Positions 1 to 8,742 are shown, counted from the stretch's first letter. The stretch is DNA of 64,000 bases from Devosia equisanguinis (GCA_945862355.1 CAMAYR010000001.1:14314-78313), one strand, 5' to 3'. Notes: a model not told the origin generated them from the sequence alone. Translations and numbers: made by a program.

Positions 1-63
1 GCAGACCAGTATGGTAAGAATGGCTCGCATCGCCACGTTCCATTTCCAGTGAACAAGATCCGA

Positions 64-792
64 TCAGTAGCGCGTCGTCAGCCTTGTCAGCCATGCCGGC
101 GATATCGTGATCAGACACGCCTCGAAGGTCTTGTCGATGCCCGACAGGATCGCGAGCGCCACGACGATCAGGATCAGACCGAGAACTGTCCGCATACCGC
201 GGCCCATGCCCATCGCCTTCGAACGCCAGCGCAGCATCGCCTCGCGCGACAGCATCCCTAAAACGAGCAGGGGAAGGGCTGCGCCGACACCGAAGACTGC
301 CATCGTTATGGCGACCTCGCCGAGTTGCTCTCCCTGAGATGCCAGCAGGGATGCTGCCCCGAGGGTCGGCCCGACACACGGTGTCCACACAGCGCCGAGC
401 AGTAAGCCCAACCCGAACTGGCCCGAAAGGCCAGTGCCCGACAATCCCCCGAAGCGCGTCGAAGCCCAACTGCCAATGGGGCCTGCGGCGACCGCGAACT
501 TCTCACCCAGCAAAGGAACCGCAAGCACAAGCCCCACGGCAAGCAGCAGCGCGGCGGCCAGATTGCGGAAGAATTCGGTGTCGAAGCCTGCGGCAAAGCC
601 AATCGTCGCGACGAAAAGACCGATCACCGTGAAGGAGATTGCAAGCCCGACCGCAAGGACCAGCGGTCCGGTACGATGCTCGGCGGCAGCAGTGCCCAGG
701 ACGATCGGGAGCAATGGCAGCACGCACGGAGACAAGGTCGACAGAATGCCGGCAAGAAGAGCCAAGCCGAGGCTGCCAGCTCCCATCCCCAT
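64..792 (-). CDS. ccdA: CcdA/DsbD-family (SoxV-like) membrane thiol:disulfide electron transporter
   Basis: 242-aa polytopic hydrophobic ORF. It has two membrane-embedded Cys motifs, LSPCVLPLLP and WTPCVGPTLG, typical of CcdA/SoxV. ATG at 790-792. Confidence 0.8.
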   Translation of the reverse strand: MGMGAGSLGLALLAGILSTLSPCVLPLLPIVLGTAAAEHRTGPLVLAVGLAISFTVIGLFVATIGFAAGFDTEFFRNLAAALLLAVGLVLAVPLLGEKFAVAAGPIGSWASTRFGGLSGTGLSGQFGLGLLLGAVWTPCVGPTLGAASLLASQGEQLGEVAITMAVFGVGAALPLLVLGMLSREAMLRWRSKAMGMGRGMRTVLGLILIVVALAILSGIDKTFEACLITISPAWLTRLTTRY

Positions 793-845
793 GTGCTCCG
801 TCGGTTCAAGATGCGACGCGTGCAGCGCGACGTTCCAGGATCAGA

Positions 846-1292
846 TCAGGAGCAGCCGGCAAAGCCGTCGGCGGCCATCTTGGCCTCGTACTTCGCCGTG
901 ACCTGCGCGCCCATCGTCAACGTCGGCTTCACCTGATCCCAGTTGGTCGGTTTGAGGATGATGAACCAGCCCTTGTCGTAAGGGTCGGTGTTGGCGAGCG
1001 AAGGGTTGGCGACCAGATCAGCGTTGACAGTGACGACGTCGCCAGCCGCAGCAGACTTCGCCGGGCCGACCCACTTGCCGCTCTCCACCGTCGCGCAGCT
1101 CTTTCCGGCGTCTACCGAGCGACCTGCCTTCTTGGGCGTGAAGGCCACGATCTGGCCGGCCATCGCCGTTGCTACCGCCGTCATGCCGAGCTTCACGGTC
1201 CCGTCGCCCTGCTCCTGGAACCAGATGTGGTTATCCACGTCGTAGAGCAACTCGTCGGGCATGTTGCAGCCTTTTACGGTGGGCATGGGCAT
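846..1292 (-). CDS. lbpA: Lipoate-binding protein LbpA (GcvH-like) of the sHdr system
   Basis: 148-aa GcvH-fold-like ORF with a lipoyl-lysine motif (ATVESGKWVGP). It lies directly downstream of the shdr genes and no gcvP/gcvT is nearby. Start is ambiguous: ATG 1292, or ATG 1262 (MPDELLYDV...). Confidence 0.8.
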   Translation of the reverse strand: MPMPTVKGCNMPDELLYDVDNHIWFQEQGDGTVKLGMTAVATAMAGQIVAFTPKKAGRSVDAGKSCATVESGKWVGPAKSAAAGDVVTVNADLVANPSLANTDPYDKGWFIILKPTNWDQVKPTLTMGAQVTAKYEAKMAADGFAGCS

Positions 1293-1340
1293 GGTCCTTT
1301 CAGTTTGCGAATGGAATGGTCATGGATGGTACCGCCCTGG

Positions 1341-1369
1341 AAAAATTCCGACGGAAGTGAAACCGTCGG
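1341..1369 (-). terminator. Terminator/attenuator-like hairpin between the 145-aa gene and lbpA
   Basis: Minus strand reads CCGACGG-TTTCACTT-CCGTCGG followed by AATTTTT. The stem is 7 bp, GC-rich, with a short U-tract. Confidence 0.35.
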
Positions 1370-1443
1370 CGTCGGAAGGCCTCTGGCCTTTGATTTTTCG
1401 TGCGATCCACGCCCTCGATGGTTCCGTCTCGAAAGATCTCACT

Positions 1444-1881
1444 CTAAGCATCGGCCCGCAAGGTCTTCGACGAGCAGCAGAACTCGCCGAGACCGGCAAC
1501 CTCCATCTTGCCGCCGACGAACAGGGCCAAGTGCTTGGCCACCATCGCGGCAAGCCGAACGCGCTTGGCCGCTTCGGGATGGGCGGGCTCGAGCGTGACG
1601 AGGTTGTAGTGGTAGACCAGCTCCCGGGCCGTTTCGCGACAGGCGTTGAACGACGGATCGCCCTTCGCACCCTGACGGTGCAGCGCGAGCAGGCGAAAGC
1701 CTTCTTTTGTCTCGCGCGTCGGTATCTCGCCCTTCGCGGCGATCCATTGCTCCAGGACGCTCTCACCGAGCGACAACAGCTCGGCTGCAACGGGTGTCAT
1801 ATCCCGAGCCTCCTGTGCCGGGACTGCCTCGGCGATCTCGTCGATCCGTGTCTCGATGTCGGCGAAGGTCAGCAACGGCAC
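1444..1881 (-). CDS. Hypothetical protein (145 aa) inside the shdr-lbpA operon, C-terminal CC motif
   Basis: ORF fills the gap between shdrB2 (stop 1934) and lbpA in the same orientation, with non-shadow amino-acid composition. It ends ...GLGEFCCSSKTLRADA. No family recognised. Confidence 0.6.
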   Translation of the reverse strand: MPLLTFADIETRIDEIAEAVPAQEARDMTPVAAELLSLGESVLEQWIAAKGEIPTRETKEGFRLLALHRQGAKGDPSFNACRETARELVYHYNLVTLEPAHPEAAKRVRLAAMVAKHLALFVGGKMEVAGLGEFCCSSKTLRADA

Positions 1882-1933
1882 GATCCTTCAAGGTTGGAGA
1901 ACTGCACCGGACGGGCCAGAGCCGGCTCAGCGC

Positions 1934-2878
1934 TCAGGTCAAACCCTTCTCGTGGATGAAGTCGAGTGAGTTGGAGATGTTGGTTTGGATGCCGAGCTTG
2001 CGCGGCCTGATGCCGAGCGCGAGCCCCAGAAGCTGAGTGAAGTAGAGGATCTTCACGTTCGTTTTTTTGCCTAAGCGCTTCTCGGCCCGGATCTGATGCA
2101 TCTCCAGGCCGGAGTGGCAGGTCGGGCATTCGGTTGCGATAACCTCCGCGCCGGAGGCTTCGGCTGCCTGCAGGATGTTGAGGACGAGTTTCGTCGAGGT
2201 GTCGCTGTCGGACAGCGTGTGGGCGCCACCACAGCAAGCCGTCTTGAGCGGGAACTCGACGTTCTCCGCACCTGCGGCGGCGAGCAGGTCGTCCATGAAA
2301 TGCGGCTTCGACGTCGATTCCGAGCCCGGCCCCTGATCCTTCTCGGGAAAGATGTGGCGGGGACGCACGTACATGCAGCCGTAGTAGTTGGCGATCTTCA
2401 TACCGGCGAGACGGCCCTTCGTGCGCTGGCGCAGCCCCTCCTCGCCGATCGTATCCTTGATCCAATCGAGCGCGTGGATGGTCTCGGCCTGGCCTGCCTC
2501 ATACGTTTTGTGGCCCGCCTTGGTGGAGAGCTTGTCCACTACCGCGCGGCTCTCCTCGTCGTGAGAGAGGTCGTACTCAGCCTTCTTAAGGTTGTGATAG
2601 CAGCCATTGCACGGCGCCATCACGACGTTGTTGCGGTTCTCGTTGACAGCCTGTGAGAGCACGCGCGAGGACAGGTAGGTCTGGATCTTGGGATCGATGT
2701 TCTTGACCTCCATCGCCCCGCAGCAATTCCAGTCCTTCACGTCGCGCAACTTGAGCCCCAGCTCATAGGCGATAGCGCGCGTGGAAACGTCGTAGCCGTT
2801 GCCCGATCCCTCGAGCGCGCAACCGGGGTAGTACGCGACCTCGCGCAGCTTGCGGGCTCTGTCAGTGATATCGACCAT
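1934..2878 (-). CDS. shdrB2: sHdrB2, heterodisulfide reductase subunit B-like (CCG domains)
   Basis: 314 aa with two CCG-type cysteine motifs (DWNCCGAME, TACCGGAH). Starts YYPGCALE... Its start is 12 nt after the shdrC2 stop. Confidence 0.85.
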   Translation of the reverse strand: MVDITDRARKLREVAYYPGCALEGSGNGYDVSTRAIAYELGLKLRDVKDWNCCGAMEVKNIDPKIQTYLSSRVLSQAVNENRNNVVMAPCNGCYHNLKKAEYDLSHDEESRAVVDKLSTKAGHKTYEAGQAETIHALDWIKDTIGEEGLRQRTKGRLAGMKIANYYGCMYVRPRHIFPEKDQGPGSESTSKPHFMDDLLAAAGAENVEFPLKTACCGGAHTLSDSDTSTKLVLNILQAAEASGAEVIATECPTCHSGLEMHQIRAEKRLGKKTNVKILYFTQLLGLALGIRPRKLGIQTNISNSLDFIHEKGLT

Positions 2879-2889
2879 TTGTCGTCGCC

Positions 2890-3678
2890 TTACTCTGCCG
2901 CGTGCAGCTTGCGCTGCGGCGGTTGATTGCCATTCGCCGCCTTCGGCTTGTCGAGCCCGAGCGCCGCCTTGTGCTCGGCCTCCTTCTCGATGATGTAGTC
3001 CCCGATCGCCGCGCGAGCCTTATCCCAGCCGCGCGTGCGGGGGTGGAACACCATCGCCCACATACTCTTGAGCCCCCACTTCACCGGCAGTCTCATGCCG
3101 ATGTTCCAGACGATCTGCTTGAGCCAATCCTGAAGCAGCGGTTGCTTCGTCTTCTTCAGGAAGGTTGCAAGCACCTTCGTGTCCTCGATCTTGCCGTACT
3201 GCACGACCTCGTCGGTAAAGATCTTGTCGAAGGTCGTCGACGGGCTCTCAGGCGTATGGCCCTTCAGCTCGAGCCAGTGGGCAGTCGCCTTCATCACGCC
3301 CTCGGGCACCACGTCGCGCGGGCAAGCATAGGTGCACTTGTTGCACGACACGCACTGCCAGATGAGGTCCTTGTCGCGCAGCAGCTCGCTCTCCATGCCC
3401 ACGCGGATCAGGTAGATCCAGTAGCGCGGGTTGAAGCGCGGCTCGATGGCGTGGACCGTGCAGGAGTTGGTGCAAGAGCCGCACTGCCAGCAGCGGTGGA
3501 TGTGCTCGCCGCCGGGAAGTGCGGCGATCTCGTCCTCCAGCGCCTCGTTGTAGTCGGTGACGACGCGGCTCTCGATGAAGGTCGACCAGTGGCCGGACAC
3601 GTCGACGCCGTCGATCGTCAGGTTTTCGTGTGTCCGGATGTTCTCCGGGCGGATCAGCGATTTCTCGTGAATTGGCAT
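2890..3678 (-). CDS. shdrC2: sHdrC2, heterodisulfide reductase subunit C-like 4Fe-4S ferredoxin
   Basis: 262 aa with two ferredoxin-type clusters, CWQCGSCTNSC and CVSCNKCTYACP. ATG at 3678. Confidence 0.85.
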   Translation of the reverse strand: MPIHEKSLIRPENIRTHENLTIDGVDVSGHWSTFIESRVVTDYNEALEDEIAALPGGEHIHRCWQCGSCTNSCTVHAIEPRFNPRYWIYLIRVGMESELLRDKDLIWQCVSCNKCTYACPRDVVPEGVMKATAHWLELKGHTPESPSTTFDKIFTDEVVQYGKIEDTKVLATFLKKTKQPLLQDWLKQIVWNIGMRLPVKWGLKSMWAMVFHPRTRGWDKARAAIGDYIIEKEAEHKAALGLDKPKAANGNQPPQRKLHAAE

Positions 3679-3693
3679 GGGGTGTGCGGGCTC

Positions 3694-4671
3694 TCAGGTC
3701 AAATAGCGGATTGGGGGCGGCACATCGGTCGCGCCTTCGATGGTTGGCAGGCGGCGCTTGCCGGCGACGCGGTCAAGTCCGAGGATCCGCCGCGTGTGCT
3801 CGAGGGGATCGCCCTCGCTGACGAAATCCGCCTTGAGATAGGCACCACCCTGCGCGCTGATGTAGTCGCCGTAGACCTGAGCGCAGACGAGATCGACGTG
3901 CCAGAGCATGTCGCGGAACACGCCGTTGTCGGCGAGGAATTGCGAAAGCTCCTCGCGCAGCACCAGATGCGTCTCGTAGCCGTCGGCAACGTCGATCACG
4001 ACATGGTCGACGTCGTCTCCGCCGCCGTTCGGGTCGTGCCAAAGCTGACGAAGTGCACCAGTGTTGGCGCGGCCGTCCCACACCCAGCGCTGCATCAGCG
4101 GATAGTTCTCGGGCAGCGTGTTGTGCAGCAGCTCGGCCGCCAGATCGCGCAGGAAACGGTCACGCGGACGCGCACCGGATCGCGACGAGCGATCTTGCTG
4201 ATCTCCATCTGCGGTCCTCCCCTTCGGCTCTCCCGCCAGAGGCGCGGTGAGGCTCGGGCGCAAAGCGCTCTCGAAGGCGGCGATGCGGGCATCCGCTATC
4301 GTGGTGTCGTGCGCGCCGTCGATCAGCGCCGCGATCGCCCGCTGTGCGTCCGGCCACGCCTCGACCTCCAGCAGTGGGCCGATGCGCCGTCGCACCGTCG
4401 CCATCAGCGGCACGATCTCCTCGAAGGTGCCGCGCGTGATCGCAGCGGCCTTGCCATCGGCCAGCCTGTCTTGGAACACGACGCTCTTCAGCCGCACGGC
4501 CTCGGCGAAACGCTCGATACCGCCCAAAGGCTCGGCGGCATGGATGAGCCGCTCGAGCGCGATGCGCAGCTTGGTGCCCGACAGATGCAGCACGGGCCGA
4601 CTATCTGCCAGACCCTGACGGTTCGACATCATGCTCGACGACCGCTGTGGTGTCCTGCTCATGCTCGCCAA
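3694..4671 (-). CDS. shdrH: sHdrH, conserved hypothetical protein of shdrC1B1AHC2B2 operons
   Basis: About 315-325-aa ORF exactly in the position of the 'Hyp' gene between shdrA and shdrC2. No known motif. Start is uncertain (TTG 4671, ATG 4662 or ATG 4632). Confidence 0.65.
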   Translation of the reverse strand: MASMSRTPQRSSSMMSNRQGLADSRPVLHLSGTKLRIALERLIHAAEPLGGIERFAEAVRLKSVVFQDRLADGKAAAITRGTFEEIVPLMATVRRRIGPLLEVEAWPDAQRAIAALIDGAHDTTIADARIAAFESALRPSLTAPLAGEPKGRTADGDQQDRSSRSGARPRDRFLRDLAAELLHNTLPENYPLMQRWVWDGRANTGALRQLWHDPNGGGDDVDHVVIDVADGYETHLVLREELSQFLADNGVFRDMLWHVDLVCAQVYGDYISAQGGAYLKADFVSEGDPLEHTRRILGLDRVAGKRRLPTIEGATDVPPPIRYLT

Positions 4672-4709
4672 CGTGCCTCATGGTGTCGGACCCGGAGGTC
4701 AGACCACGC

Positions 4710-5762
4710 CTATTCCGCAGCCTGAAGCGTGACGCCGGCCGCCACCGCAATCGCATTGAGAGCGGCCGCGTTGGCCTGCGCGATGCTGTCGTCGATCGTC
4801 TCGGGCCCGATCGCAGAGCCGGCAACGAAAACGCCCGGACGCGAGGTCGCGCCCATCACACCGTAGGTGTCCTTGCGGGAGATGAACCCCTGCTTGTGGA
4901 GATCGACGCCGAACACCGCAGAGAGCGTCATGTTGTCGACGTTCGGGTCCATGCCGATCGCATGAACCACCAAGTCGAAGGGAATAGTGATCGGGCGCTT
5001 CACCAGCGTGTCCTCACCCTTGACGATGAGCTGCTTGCCATCGCTGGTGACCTCGGCGATACGCGCCTTGATGTACTTGACCTTGAACTCCTCCTGGCTG
5101 CGCCAGTAGTAGTCCGTCTCGTACAGACCGAACGTGCGGATATCCATGTAGTAGATGTAGACGTGCGTCTCGGGGAGCTCCTCGCGGATCTCCATCGCCA
5201 AGTTCGCGGAGACCGTGCAGCAGATCTTAGAGCACCATTCGCGCCCGATCTGGCGATCCCGGCTGCCGACGCAGAGCAGGATCGCGACACGCTTGGGCTT
5301 GCGGTCGTCGGAGGGACAGCGCACGCCCTTGCCCGATGAGATCATCTGCTCGACCTGCGTGGTCGTGACCACGTCGGGGTACGTTCCAAATCCCCACTCG
5401 GGCTTATTGATGCTGTCGAAGTGCGTGAAGCCCGTCGTCAGGATCGCAGAACCGACCTCCACGCGGCTCCCATCGGAAAGCTCGGCGGTGAAGCTGCCCG
5501 GCGTGCCGCCGAACGATTTCACGACCGTGCCGAGCCTGCGCTCGACCAACGGGTTCGCCTCGACCCGGCGCACCATGCCGCCGATCGCGTCCTTGGCCCA
5601 AAGCCCGGAAGGCACGAGCTTGGCGTAGCCGGATTGGATCGGCGCGCCACCGAGAATCTCGGTCTTCTCCACGAGAACGCTCTTGTAGCCGATCGAGCCG
5701 ACCGCGTGCGCCGCTGCAAGGCCCGCCGGACCGCCGCCGACGATGAGAATTGGTTTTGTCAT
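4710..5762 (-). CDS. shdrA: sHdrA, FAD- and FeS-containing heterodisulfide reductase subunit A-like
   Basis: Rossmann motif ILIVGGGPAGLAAA. HdrA-type cluster motif CVGSRDRQIGREWCSKICC (CxGxRDx8CSxxCC). ATG at 5762 (MTKPIL). Confidence 0.9.
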   Translation of the reverse strand: MTKPILIVGGGPAGLAAAHAVGSIGYKSVLVEKTEILGGAPIQSGYAKLVPSGLWAKDAIGGMVRRVEANPLVERRLGTVVKSFGGTPGSFTAELSDGSRVEVGSAILTTGFTHFDSINKPEWGFGTYPDVVTTTQVEQMISSGKGVRCPSDDRKPKRVAILLCVGSRDRQIGREWCSKICCTVSANLAMEIREELPETHVYIYYMDIRTFGLYETDYYWRSQEEFKVKYIKARIAEVTSDGKQLIVKGEDTLVKRPITIPFDLVVHAIGMDPNVDNMTLSAVFGVDLHKQGFISRKDTYGVMGATSRPGVFVAGSAIGPETIDDSIAQANAAALNAIAVAAGVTLQAAE

Positions 5763-5781
5763 TGTCTTCTCTTTCGTTCGC

Positions 5782-5907
5782 AACCCCTCTCCCCTTCGCA
5801 TCTATGCGAAGGAAAAAGGGTTAGGTAAGGGGCAGTCAAAGAATGAGCGTTTCACAATTCGCCGCCCCTTCACCCCGCCCCACTCCCCGCCAGCGGTGAG
5901 TAGGGGA
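5782..5907. repeat. GC-rich REP-like palindromic element in the shdrB1-shdrA spacer
   Basis: Hairpin CCTTCGCA-tcta-TGCGAAGG at 5793-5812. Module CCCTTCACCCCGCCCCACTCCCCGCC...GCGGTGAGTAGGGG at 5866-5907. It matches 20 of 26 nt with a module at 30101-30126. Confidence 0.5.
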
Positions 5908-5911
5908 TTTT

Positions 5912-7288
5912 TCAGGCAGGCGGCGGAGGAATGACCTCGCGCTTAATCGGCTTGAAACCGGGTCCCGACGTGATCCGCAACCGCGGATCGTAGAGCTGGT
6001 CGGCAGCCCCGGTCTGGATCTGCTTCAGATAGCCTTCGAACTCGGCCTTCTTCTTCTGCCAGTCGATGCCGAGCTGCTCGAGAAGCTTCTCGATCGGCGA
6101 GGCGTGCCAATGGGTCTGGACGATCTTGTAGGGATCGGCGCCGCAGACGAGGGCCGCGAACTGGCAGTCCGCCATTACCGGCAACTCCACCGCCTTGTCG
6201 TCGCCGCCGGCCTTGGAGATCCACTGGTTCTTATCCAGCGTGGTGATGCAGCCCGTATCGTGTCCGATCATCACGTCGGACTTCGCCTCCTCCACCGCGA
6301 CGCGGATCTTGCGGTCGATGGCGAACGAGCGCGTGAACTCGCGCTCGGAGATGATGTGACGGAAGCCGAAGCCGCAGCAATCGTACCAGGTCTTGTAGTC
6401 GATGACGTTGGTGCCGAGCGCCTGCATGATGCCGGTCGAAACGGCAACGCGGTTACCCTCGAGAATGCTGTCGTCGTAGATCGCATCCTCCGGCACCATC
6501 TTGTAGACGTGACAGGCGGGATGGATCGTCGAGCGCACGCCCGACGCATCGATCACCTGGTGTTTCTTGATCTCGTGACGCATCACGTGCACCCACTCGG
6601 AGTAGTGCACGACCTCCTCGGGGATCAGCAGCTTGCCGTCGACGAGGCGGCCGAGCTTGGCGAGGATCTTGGTCACGTTCTCGCGCAGCTTGGCGGAGTG
6701 GATCAGATAGCCCCGAACCTCCTTGTAGTTGCCGAACGAGGTGCCGCAGTGGACGAGGGGATAATAGTAGCCCTCGGGCAGGCCCTGGGCTTTCGCTGCA
6801 AAGTAGGCCTGATGGAAATTACGCAGGAAGACCGCCGCGAGGCTTTCGAGGTTGCCGATGCCGGAGCCGTGGTAGTTCCAGGCCGTGCAGCTCGTCTGGT
6901 CGGTCTCGTCGAGATAGGCGATGCCCATCTTGTTCATGAGCCACAGCAACGAAACCGGATAGCCCGGGATGTTGCCGCACTGGCCGCAGCTCTTGTGATG
7001 CCAGAGCTGGTTCGTTGGAACGCGCTTGGTCCAGCCGTAGAGCGTCTTGACCTCGATGGGCTGGTGCTCGTCGCGGATGCGGTGGACGACGATCTGACCG
7101 TCCTTCTCGAGCTGCCACATGGCATCGCGCACGTCCTCGACGCGATCCTTGTTGGTCAGCATCGAGCGCTTGTCGATCTTCTGCTCGACCCACGCCGTCG
7201 CCATCTGCGCTTCCGTCGTAGAAAGATTGGAAGGGCGCCACTCGTTGCCGTGGCCCGTGAAGCGCTCGCCGCCATTGTCCTTGGTCAT
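5912..7288 (-). CDS. shdrB1: sHdrB1, large heterodisulfide reductase subunit B-like (CCG domain)
   Basis: 458 aa with cysteine motifs CGQCGN and WYDCCGFGF. Its GAGGAG Shine-Dalgarno lies in the last codons of the upstream VOC gene, 7 nt before ATG 7288. Confidence 0.85.
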   Translation of the reverse strand: MTKDNGGERFTGHGNEWRPSNLSTTEAQMATAWVEQKIDKRSMLTNKDRVEDVRDAMWQLEKDGQIVVHRIRDEHQPIEVKTLYGWTKRVPTNQLWHHKSCGQCGNIPGYPVSLLWLMNKMGIAYLDETDQTSCTAWNYHGSGIGNLESLAAVFLRNFHQAYFAAKAQGLPEGYYYPLVHCGTSFGNYKEVRGYLIHSAKLRENVTKILAKLGRLVDGKLLIPEEVVHYSEWVHVMRHEIKKHQVIDASGVRSTIHPACHVYKMVPEDAIYDDSILEGNRVAVSTGIMQALGTNVIDYKTWYDCCGFGFRHIISEREFTRSFAIDRKIRVAVEEAKSDVMIGHDTGCITTLDKNQWISKAGGDDKAVELPVMADCQFAALVCGADPYKIVQTHWHASPIEKLLEQLGIDWQKKKAEFEGYLKQIQTGAADQLYDPRLRITSGPGFKPIKREVIPPPPA

Positions 7289-7292
7289 CGGA

Positions 7293-7841
7293 TCACTCCT
7301 CGACTTTCGCCTTCGGCTTGCGGCGTTGCCGCACAGCCGGTTTCTCGTCTACCGGGTCCAAGCCGCCGGCCGCCATCAAGGCGTCCAACCGCTTCTGCAT
7401 TTTCTTCGGGCTGACATCCTCGAGCCGCTGCTGGATCGACCAGTTGTGGCCAAAGGGATCCTCGATGCGGCCCGACCGATCACCGTAGAATTGATCCTGC
7501 ACCGGCCGCTTGACCTTCGCGCCGGCTTCGATGGCGCGCGCGAACACGGCATCGGCGTCGGCGACGTACAAAGTCAGCGCGACGGTCGTGCCTCCCAGCG
7601 CTGCCGGGCTGGCGCCATGCTCGGGAAATTCGTCGGACAGCATCACCCTGGTGTCACCAATCTCGATCTCGGCATGTCCGATCTTGCCGTCGGGCATCAT
7701 CAGCCTCATGCGCTCCTTCGCGCCGAAGGCTCGAGCGTAGAACTCCAAGGCTTCCGCAGCGCCCCTGACGCACAGCGCGGCAGTCACTGAGTGATAGCCC
7801 TTCGGAGACTTGTACTTGACCTTCGCCATGCCCCAATCCAT
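7293..7841 (-). CDS. VOC/glyoxalase-bleomycin-resistance family protein (PhnB-like) with Lys/Arg-rich tail
   Basis: 182 aa containing ...AEALEFYARAFGA...GKIGHAEIEIGDTRVMLSDEFPE...QFYGDRSGRIEDPFGHNWSI..., typical of COG2764-type VOC proteins. Start is ATG 7841 or 7829. Confidence 0.8.
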   Translation of the reverse strand: MDWGMAKVKYKSPKGYHSVTAALCVRGAAEALEFYARAFGAKERMRLMMPDGKIGHAEIEIGDTRVMLSDEFPEHGASPAALGGTTVALTLYVADADAVFARAIEAGAKVKRPVQDQFYGDRSGRIEDPFGHNWSIQQRLEDVSPKKMQKRLDALMAAGGLDPVDEKPAVRQRRKPKAKVEE

Positions 7842-7853
7842 CCAATGCGCGGC

Positions 7854-8639
7854 TCAGTCATCGTCTTCTTTGTCCGCTTCCTCTTCCAGGTAGTCTTTCC
7901 AGTCGTCGCGCTTCTCGTCCATGATGTCCGTGATCACGTCGAACAAATTCTGGTCGATGCCCTCGAGCTGATCGAGGACGCCCGTCATCTCCCAGATCGT
8001 ATATAGCTCGACGCTCGTCTTGAGGTTCACCTCCCAAGCCGTCTCCGTCGTGTTCAGGGTCGCCATCGGGATCGCCTTGCGCAGCAGCTTGAGCGGCGCA
8101 TCGACCTTGGAGATGTTCGGACCCCAATCCGCGAAGTGGCTGGGGTTGATCATGTCGGGGGCGAGCTGGTTGCCGGTCGAGACGAGCTTGAGCATCACGC
8201 GAGAGAACGGCCGCAGCACGTCCTTGGCCGACTGCATCTGGTGCTTGATCGCAACCTCGCGCATCAACATCACCAGACCGCCGGGCGAGTTCTTGAAGGG
8301 GCAGCGGGCAGCGCAGGTGTAGCACTGCGCGCACGACCAGATCTTCTCCTGCATGGCATCGTAAATGCCTTCGAGGTTCTCGGTCCAGAGAAGCTGGACG
8401 ATCTCGCGCGGGGAAAAATCGTAGTAGTGCGCGGCCGGGCACGTCGCGGTGCAGATGCCGCAATTGAGGCAGCCGTTCAGCTCGTGATCGAAACGCAGAT
8501 CCGCCTGGATGTCCTGGAAGATCTCCTCGAGCTTCGCACGAGGAACGACAGGCGCCTCGCTGACGGGATCGCCGATGAAGTCCTGAACGCGGGTGGATGA
8601 GTGTCCGTCTGCCATTGCGCTCTCCGTGGTGTCGGACAC
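7854..8639 (-). CDS. shdrC1: sHdrC1, heterodisulfide reductase subunit C-like 4Fe-4S ferredoxin
   Basis: Cluster motifs CLNCGICTATCP and CAQCYTCAARCP. Start is either GTG 8639 or ATG 8615; ATG 8615 has a better GGAG spacing. Confidence 0.85.
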   Translation of the reverse strand: MSDTTESAMADGHSSTRVQDFIGDPVSEAPVVPRAKLEEIFQDIQADLRFDHELNGCLNCGICTATCPAAHYYDFSPREIVQLLWTENLEGIYDAMQEKIWSCAQCYTCAARCPFKNSPGGLVMLMREVAIKHQMQSAKDVLRPFSRVMLKLVSTGNQLAPDMINPSHFADWGPNISKVDAPLKLLRKAIPMATLNTTETAWEVNLKTSVELYTIWEMTGVLDQLEGIDQNLFDVITDIMDEKRDDWKDYLEEEADKEDDD

Positions 8640-8742
8640 TCGGGGGCCGACACCTTGCTCCTCCTGCGCGACGAAGTGGCGCCGCCGAGGCAGCCAACTC
8701 GTGGTCGCGTCCTGGTATCAGACCCGCAGGTCCGACGTAACC

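Noticed and set aside
1-30. Possible start of a SoxW-like or thioredoxin gene (minus strand, MRAILTILVC...)
   Set aside because: Only 10 codons lie inside the window, which is too little to support a feature. It is mentioned only as context for the SoxV-like call.
2902-4725. 607-aa plus-strand ORF
   Set aside because: It is antisense to shdrC2 and shdrH. Its composition is Arg/Ala/Leu/Gly-rich and typical of shadow ORFs in high-GC DNA. It has no motif, while the opposite strand carries clear ferredoxin motifs.
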